Shown here piece by piece: positions 54,712 to 64,000 of a DNA stretch of 64,000 nucleotides. A program made the translations under genes and the position numbers. The first letter of the stretch is position 1. Every line of letters starts with the position of its first letter. The stretch comes from the human T2T-CHM13v2.0 reference genome, Homo sapiens. The stretch lies in assembly GCF_009914755.1 (NCBI RefSeq), contig NC_060929.1; one strand, 5' to 3'. The notes beneath the pieces were generated by a model that searched no databases, was not told the DNA's origin, and saw only the letters and a list, made by a program, of their open reading frames with translations.

Positions 54712-55258
54712 ATTTTTTTTTAGTAAAAAAAAGACTGTTTCTGGGCTGCCATTGCTCAGTAATATTTTAGCAAGTTTTTGTTATCATTAAAGCCATTTTC
54801 CATACACCATGCTGATTCTCTGTGCTTGGGGAACTTGTCTTTCTACAAATATAGGAGTGACTTCTCAAATGTTGTATGTGTTCATGCCTCATTGCCAGTG
54901 GGTTTAAGTTTTTAAACAATGACTATGAGGAACGCCTTTGAACTAGATTTCTGCAGTTTGATTTCGAAACATAGGACATCTGTTGTCAAACTTGGCAATG
55001 GCTAAAAAAATAAGATTTTCATGCTTCCCATAGTTATTTTAATTGAAGATTGAAATACAGAATTACTGCAAAAGAATATGTGTTGTCATTAATTGTCCCA
55101 TTTTGTGACATTCCTGGGAGCTAAGCTAAACAATAAAAGTTATTTTATATGGTAGTAAATCAGGGACCATATGGTATCCCAAAATAAGTCTGACTGAGCA
55201 GTTAAATTCCAGGAAATTAAAGGCTAATGTTAATGTAATTCTCACATTTGATCACTAG

Positions 55259-55332
55259 GGGATGAAATCCTAGATGTAAATGGAATACCAATAAAGGGCT
55301 TGACATTTCAAGAAGCCATTCATACCTTTAAG
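55259..55332 (+). CDS. PDZD2: PDZD2 coding exon, 74 nt, phase 1/0 (GDEILDVNGIPIKGLTFQEAIHTFK)
   Basis: ctag|GG acceptor and AAG|gtaaca donor; PDZ motif GDEILxVNG. Confidence 0.95.
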
Positions 55333-55481
55333 GTAACAACATTCTTATTGATCTCCTTTATCCTATTTTCCTTTCTTTATTTCCTTCTGGCTTGGGTTTG
55401 GTGAGTTGTTTTTTTTTTTTAACCCTTTGATATAAGGACATTCCAAATGTTTCAGCCCACCTTTCCTCACTGTTTTCTCAG

Positions 55482-55707
55482 CAAATCCGGAGTGGATTAT
55501 TTGTTTTAACGGTACGCACAAAGTTGGTGAGCCCCAGCCTCACACCCTGCTCGACACCCACACACATGAGCAGATCCGCCTCCCCGAACTTCAATACCAG
55601 TGGGGGAGCCTCGGCGGGAGGTTCCGATGAAGGCAGTTCTTCATCCCTGGGTCGGAAGACCCCTGGGCCCAAGGACAGGATCGTCATGGAAGTAACACTC
55701 AACAAAG
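55482..55707 (+). CDS. PDZD2: PDZD2 coding exon, 226 nt, phase 0/1 (QIRSGLFVLTVRTKLVSPSLTPCSTPTHMSRSASPNF...DRIVMEVTLNK)
   Basis: ttctcag|CAA acceptor and AAG|gtgata donor; covers a PDZ C-terminal strand, an S/T/G-rich linker and the start of the next PDZ. Confidence 0.94.
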
Positions 55708-55953
55708 GTGATAGCAGCTATTCCTTACCTTTGTCTCATTTCTTGAATAACATTTTGGAATCTGTTGTTAGCTTAATTCTTCCTTGTTGTTCTATGAATT
55801 ATTCCTTTGGTACAATCTTCTATCAACAACACGTGGTCTCTGCATGGGACAGTGAGGTCAGGTAGAGAGATGTTAGTCACTTTAGTCAAAGTGAAGGGAA
55901 GTTACCAGTAGCATGGAGCTCTCTAAGCTCTCCCCATGAATCACTGTGGGTCA

Positions 55954-56296
<343 letters not shown>

Positions 56297-56840
56297 TCAC
56301 CGGTGAGCTTAAGTCTGGGGCTAATATAAAATTTTAAAGAACAAACGATTATAGTTAAGTGTACAGTTAACACTAGTAACTAGAATTCATGCGTGATCAC
56401 CAAATCTTACTGCTTTTCATCCCTGTTTCTTTTTCCTCCCCACCTACTCTAGAAACATGATGGAAGATTAAACAACCAAGAGATTATGTGTTAAAAAGAA
56501 AAGCAAAAGAAAGCTTGAGTTTGTGTACCTAGAATAAAAACGTTACTTATAGCCTGCCTATTTCTAAAAACAGATGTGAGGAGGTTAGTTAGACTAAGCA
56601 GAGAGTTGACCGTCGGATAATTCAGTCCGTAACTAGCTCCCAGGTTAGCCATGGGCTCATTCTATTAACAGCAGTGGCAAGTGTTGACAAGGAAAAGCTG
56701 GATTTACATTCTGAGTCTGGACCAGAAATAAATGGTTATTGGTCTGAATAGATATTAATTCTGTTTCAAATCAGTTACACATTTTTTCTAGTGATTGTGT
56801 AATTTTTGTTTTTATTTTCTTTGAATGGTGCCTCTCACAG

Positions 56841-56958
56841 AGCCAAGAGTTGGATTAGGCATTGGTGCCTGCTGCTTGGCTCTGGAAAACAGTCCTCCTG
56901 GCATCTACATTCACAGCCTTGCTCCAGGATCAGTGGCCAAGATGGAGAGCAACCTGAG
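56841..56958 (+). CDS. PDZD2: PDZD2 coding exon, 118 nt, phase 1/2 (EPRVGLGIGACCLALENSPPGIYIHSLAPGSVAKMESNL)
   Basis: cacag|AG acceptor and GAG|gtttgt donor; PDZ GLGI loop and GIYIHSLAPGS. Confidence 0.94.
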
Positions 56959-58149
56959 GTTTGTTGTTTGCCTGATAGTGTAAGGTTCTGGAGTGTTCAT
57001 AAATATGAAATATACACGTGTGATATTTGTTCTATTACTTCCCTTTGAGGGATGTTGAAGCTTTGAATTCTTTCCAAGAACGTAGCCAAGACTACAATTA
57101 ATAGCATCTCCAAAAATGTAAATGTTAATATAAATGAAATTTGGTTGAATTTGAGAACTCTAGATCTTGGCTTCCCTGCTTATTTTGTTCTATTTGGTCT
57201 CAGAAGTCCAGTTTCAGAAACTTGACAAGATACAACTCTATACAGATATCTATGATTAGCTCAATATTTTCTTTCATTTTATATTCACATATATAAAATT
57301 CATATGAAATACTGGAACTGCTGAAATGGTTCAGAATCACTTGATGCCAAACAGTCCTGAAATTGTGCCCTTGAATAGGAGGCATTTCTTATTAAGTATT
57401 CTCTCAAACTTTTCCTGTCATTTTCATTCCTTGTTGAATGGCCATGTCTAGGTGTCTACTTACTGAAGTCACTGAGTGTCTGATTTCTTAATCCAGATAG
57501 TTGAGTTGTAACATGGGCGTTCTGTTTACACAAGAAATATCTAGGTGTTCTATTATATAGAAATTGCAGTGAGTCAGTGCCCACCTAAACGTCACAAGAA
57601 TGTACGTGTATTGCACAAAGCACCCTGTGCTAACAGTTTCATCTTTCTGCCCTGTAAACTTCCAAGTCCTTTAGTGGTTAAGGGATTGTCAAAATGGCAT
57701 TCATTGAGGTTGCCATTTTGGGGCCCTGTTAATAGCTTATATTATGTTTTTAGTTAATCATTAGAGTAAATTTCCATATGAAAAAAAATTTAGCAAATCA
57801 TCCAAAGTACATTAAAGAAAATATACTTTTAGAACCCAAGGAAAAAAATCCTTTAATGACATCCCAAGATGATGTTTCTTTCTTGAATGATTCCATATGT
57901 CTGGAGCCTGCCAAATGAACATTCTTCAAATCCCATATAAAGAGTCTTTGTTCTCTCCTACTGACTTCTCTCCCTGTAATTTCCAGTCAAAATGGGCAAC
58001 TTGTCCCCAATTTCTCATTTGTTCAAATTTGAAACGTTTTTACAAATTGTTGGGTAACCTTTGAGCCTCAGCTATTTCCTCCTTAAGTTATATTATAATA
58101 ATCATTTCAAGATGGTAGGAAGAGAGAACTGCTGGTGGTCGAGGGGTTC

Positions 58150-58335
58150 TGTCATGTGATGGTTGACAGTCAGACGGACCCGAGTTAGTTCAACAGTGTG
58201 TGACATCTGGGTGACCCCTCTGAGCCTGTGTTCCTATCTGCACAATGGGAATAATTTTACTTACTCAAAGCTTTGTTATACAGCATGCTTTGTACAGTGC
58301 CTGGCATATAGTATATGCTCAAAATATGGTAGGTT
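58150..58335 (+). mobile_element. MIR
   Basis: CCTCTGAGCCTGTGTTCCTATCTGCACAATGGGAATAAT...ACAGTGCCTGGCATATAGTATATGCTCAA. Confidence 0.65.
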
Positions 58336-58606
58336 TCATCATTGTCCTTATTATCAATTTTATTTGACTTTGCTGTTTCTGAAAATGCCAGTAAATATGC
58401 ATAATGACCTTTGCCCACTTAAAATCGAATGTGTTTTTATGAATGTGTTGCATTTTTACATGTATGCCAACGGGAAAAGATATCATGAGCTTCTTTAAAG
58501 TATTCAGAAAAGATTTCATATTATAAACCTCTCCTAGCAAGAAGGCTATTTTAGCTTTAAGAAGCTGGCTGCTAACACAGAGTGTGGATTCTGTTGCCCT
58601 CCCTAG

Positions 58607-58739
58607 CCGCGGGGATCAAATCCTGGAAGTGAACTCCGTCAACGTCCGCCATGCTGCTTTAAGCAAAGTCCACGCCATCTTGAGTAAATGCCCTCCAGGA
58701 CCCGTTCGCCTTGTCATCGGCCGGCACCCTAATCCAAAG
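58607..58739 (+). CDS. PDZD2: PDZD2 coding exon, 133 nt, phase 2/0 (SRGDQILEVNSVNVRHAALSKVHAILSKCPPGPVRLVIGRHPNPK)
   Basis: ccctag|C acceptor and AAG|gtgagg donor; PDZ motif GDQILEVN. Confidence 0.95.
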
Positions 58740-59235
58740 GTGAGGTGGTCCACCCTCTTCTGAACGTGGGAAGATGATACACCTTCCTAGGATATCGTAT
58801 ACTCTTTGGTGAGATGGTTTTCCCAGCTGGGGATAGGCAGGCAACCTACGGGTGGTTCATGTGGGAAATGAATCTCTAATCTGGACTTTGTCTTCACAGT
58901 CTTAGAAAATCTTACTAGAACATTTTGACAATGTTATCTGGTAAATTTGAAACTTGTCTGGTGGGAGGTAAGAATGCTGTGTTCTGAGTACTGGCTTTTT
59001 GAGCTCTGGTGAGATACTTAACCTCTTTGGGTTTTTGCAACAACAGAATCTGCAAGCCTTGGACTGGACGATCTCTATGACCCTGTCAGTTTCAAGATAA
59101 GAAGGCTTTTCTTACCACATCTTTTGTTGGGCCATATGTTGGGAATTCTCTCATCTTTAAGTTTAATGTTGAATGATTAATTTATTTTTAAAACAGTTTC
59201 AGTGAATTTTAAACTTTGTTCAATTAAGAAATGAG

Positions 59236-60938
<1,703 letters not shown>

Positions 60939-61757
60939 TGAGAATGATTTATTAAATGACTCTTTCTTACTTACAAGTTTTACTTGGAAGGAAAGAGAGA
61001 AGATCCTTCAGGTCTAATGTTAGCTGCTTAGCCTGGGTACCACCAGCCCATGTGAACCTGGTATTGAACAGGAGGCAGAGGCACCAAGGAGGCCCTGGGG
61101 GTGAATTGGGATGGGTGTGGAGGTTGTGAAGCAGGCAGGCAGGCTGCCAGGCATCAACAGACGGACTATCCTTCCCTGTCTCCCTCCAGCCAGGGCGATT
61201 CAGATCATCTATTCTCATCCTATATCAAATTCATTACCTAAACATTTATTGAGCTTCTACTGGGTGCCAGGCAGTGCCAACATACCAGGGATACACAATT
61301 AATTAGAATGTATCTCAAGAAACTTGCAGCCTACTCTGAACCTGAAGTTCACGGGACCTTTACCAGGACATTACGAACTACACAAATGTGGGAATAGATT
61401 TGCAATTGTGGACGGAATCAATAGCTTCTATCAAATTCTCAGTCATTCATGACCCCAAGAATGTTAAGCATTTTGTTAGAGTGTGAGGATGTTACTGTTG
61501 TTAGACTGATGAAAGACAAGACCCAATTTAAAGAGTGGCTCCTCCTCTGTCTAAGCCAACCTTGACCTGAGCAGAGTACTTCTGTAATTAAGGCCTAAGA
61601 GCCCACTAATTTTTTTCTCAGCATCAGCGTCACACTCTTGGACCCATACGGAAGTTGCAGATAATCATGGTCCCTACATTGTTGGACTTGGCTGTTATTT
61701 GGTTATATCTCTTCTATACTTGTACAGTTGCCTTTAACTTTTTGAAGCTAACCATAG

Positions 61758-63990
<2,233 letters not shown>

Positions 63991-64000
63991 GTCCTGCTTC

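Overview
Alu-dense hominoid (human-like) genomic DNA. It lies inside a large + strand gene that I recognise as PDZD2 (multi-PDZ protein, AIPC/PAPIN, related to IL16). Nine internal coding exons (7928-8080, 34838-34949, 46140-46285, 50212-50331, 51370-51484, 55259-55332, 55482-55707, 56841-56958, 58607-58739) have canonical AG/GT sites. Their phases join into one open frame that encodes a linker and two PDZ domains. The start and stop codons lie outside the window. The rest is intron: about 60 Alus, a near full-length old SVA (A/B-type) in sense orientation, MIR/L2/L1/LTR remnants, DNA-transposon relics (MER44/Tigger7, MER58, MER3, MADE2), a 38-nt antisense U2 snRNA retrocopy and a ~960-bp CA-rich repeat. 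Nearly all six-frame ORFs are repeat-derived artefacts. I see no prokaryote-style novel system. The best leads are a ~200-bp non-Alu inverted duplication bracketing ~5.7 kb, two frame-preserving candidate cassette exons (5076-5126 and 60509-60562), an apparent SVA 3' transduction, and the antisense U2 fragment. Repeat subfamily names come from memory of consensus sequences, and repeat boundaries are approximate.
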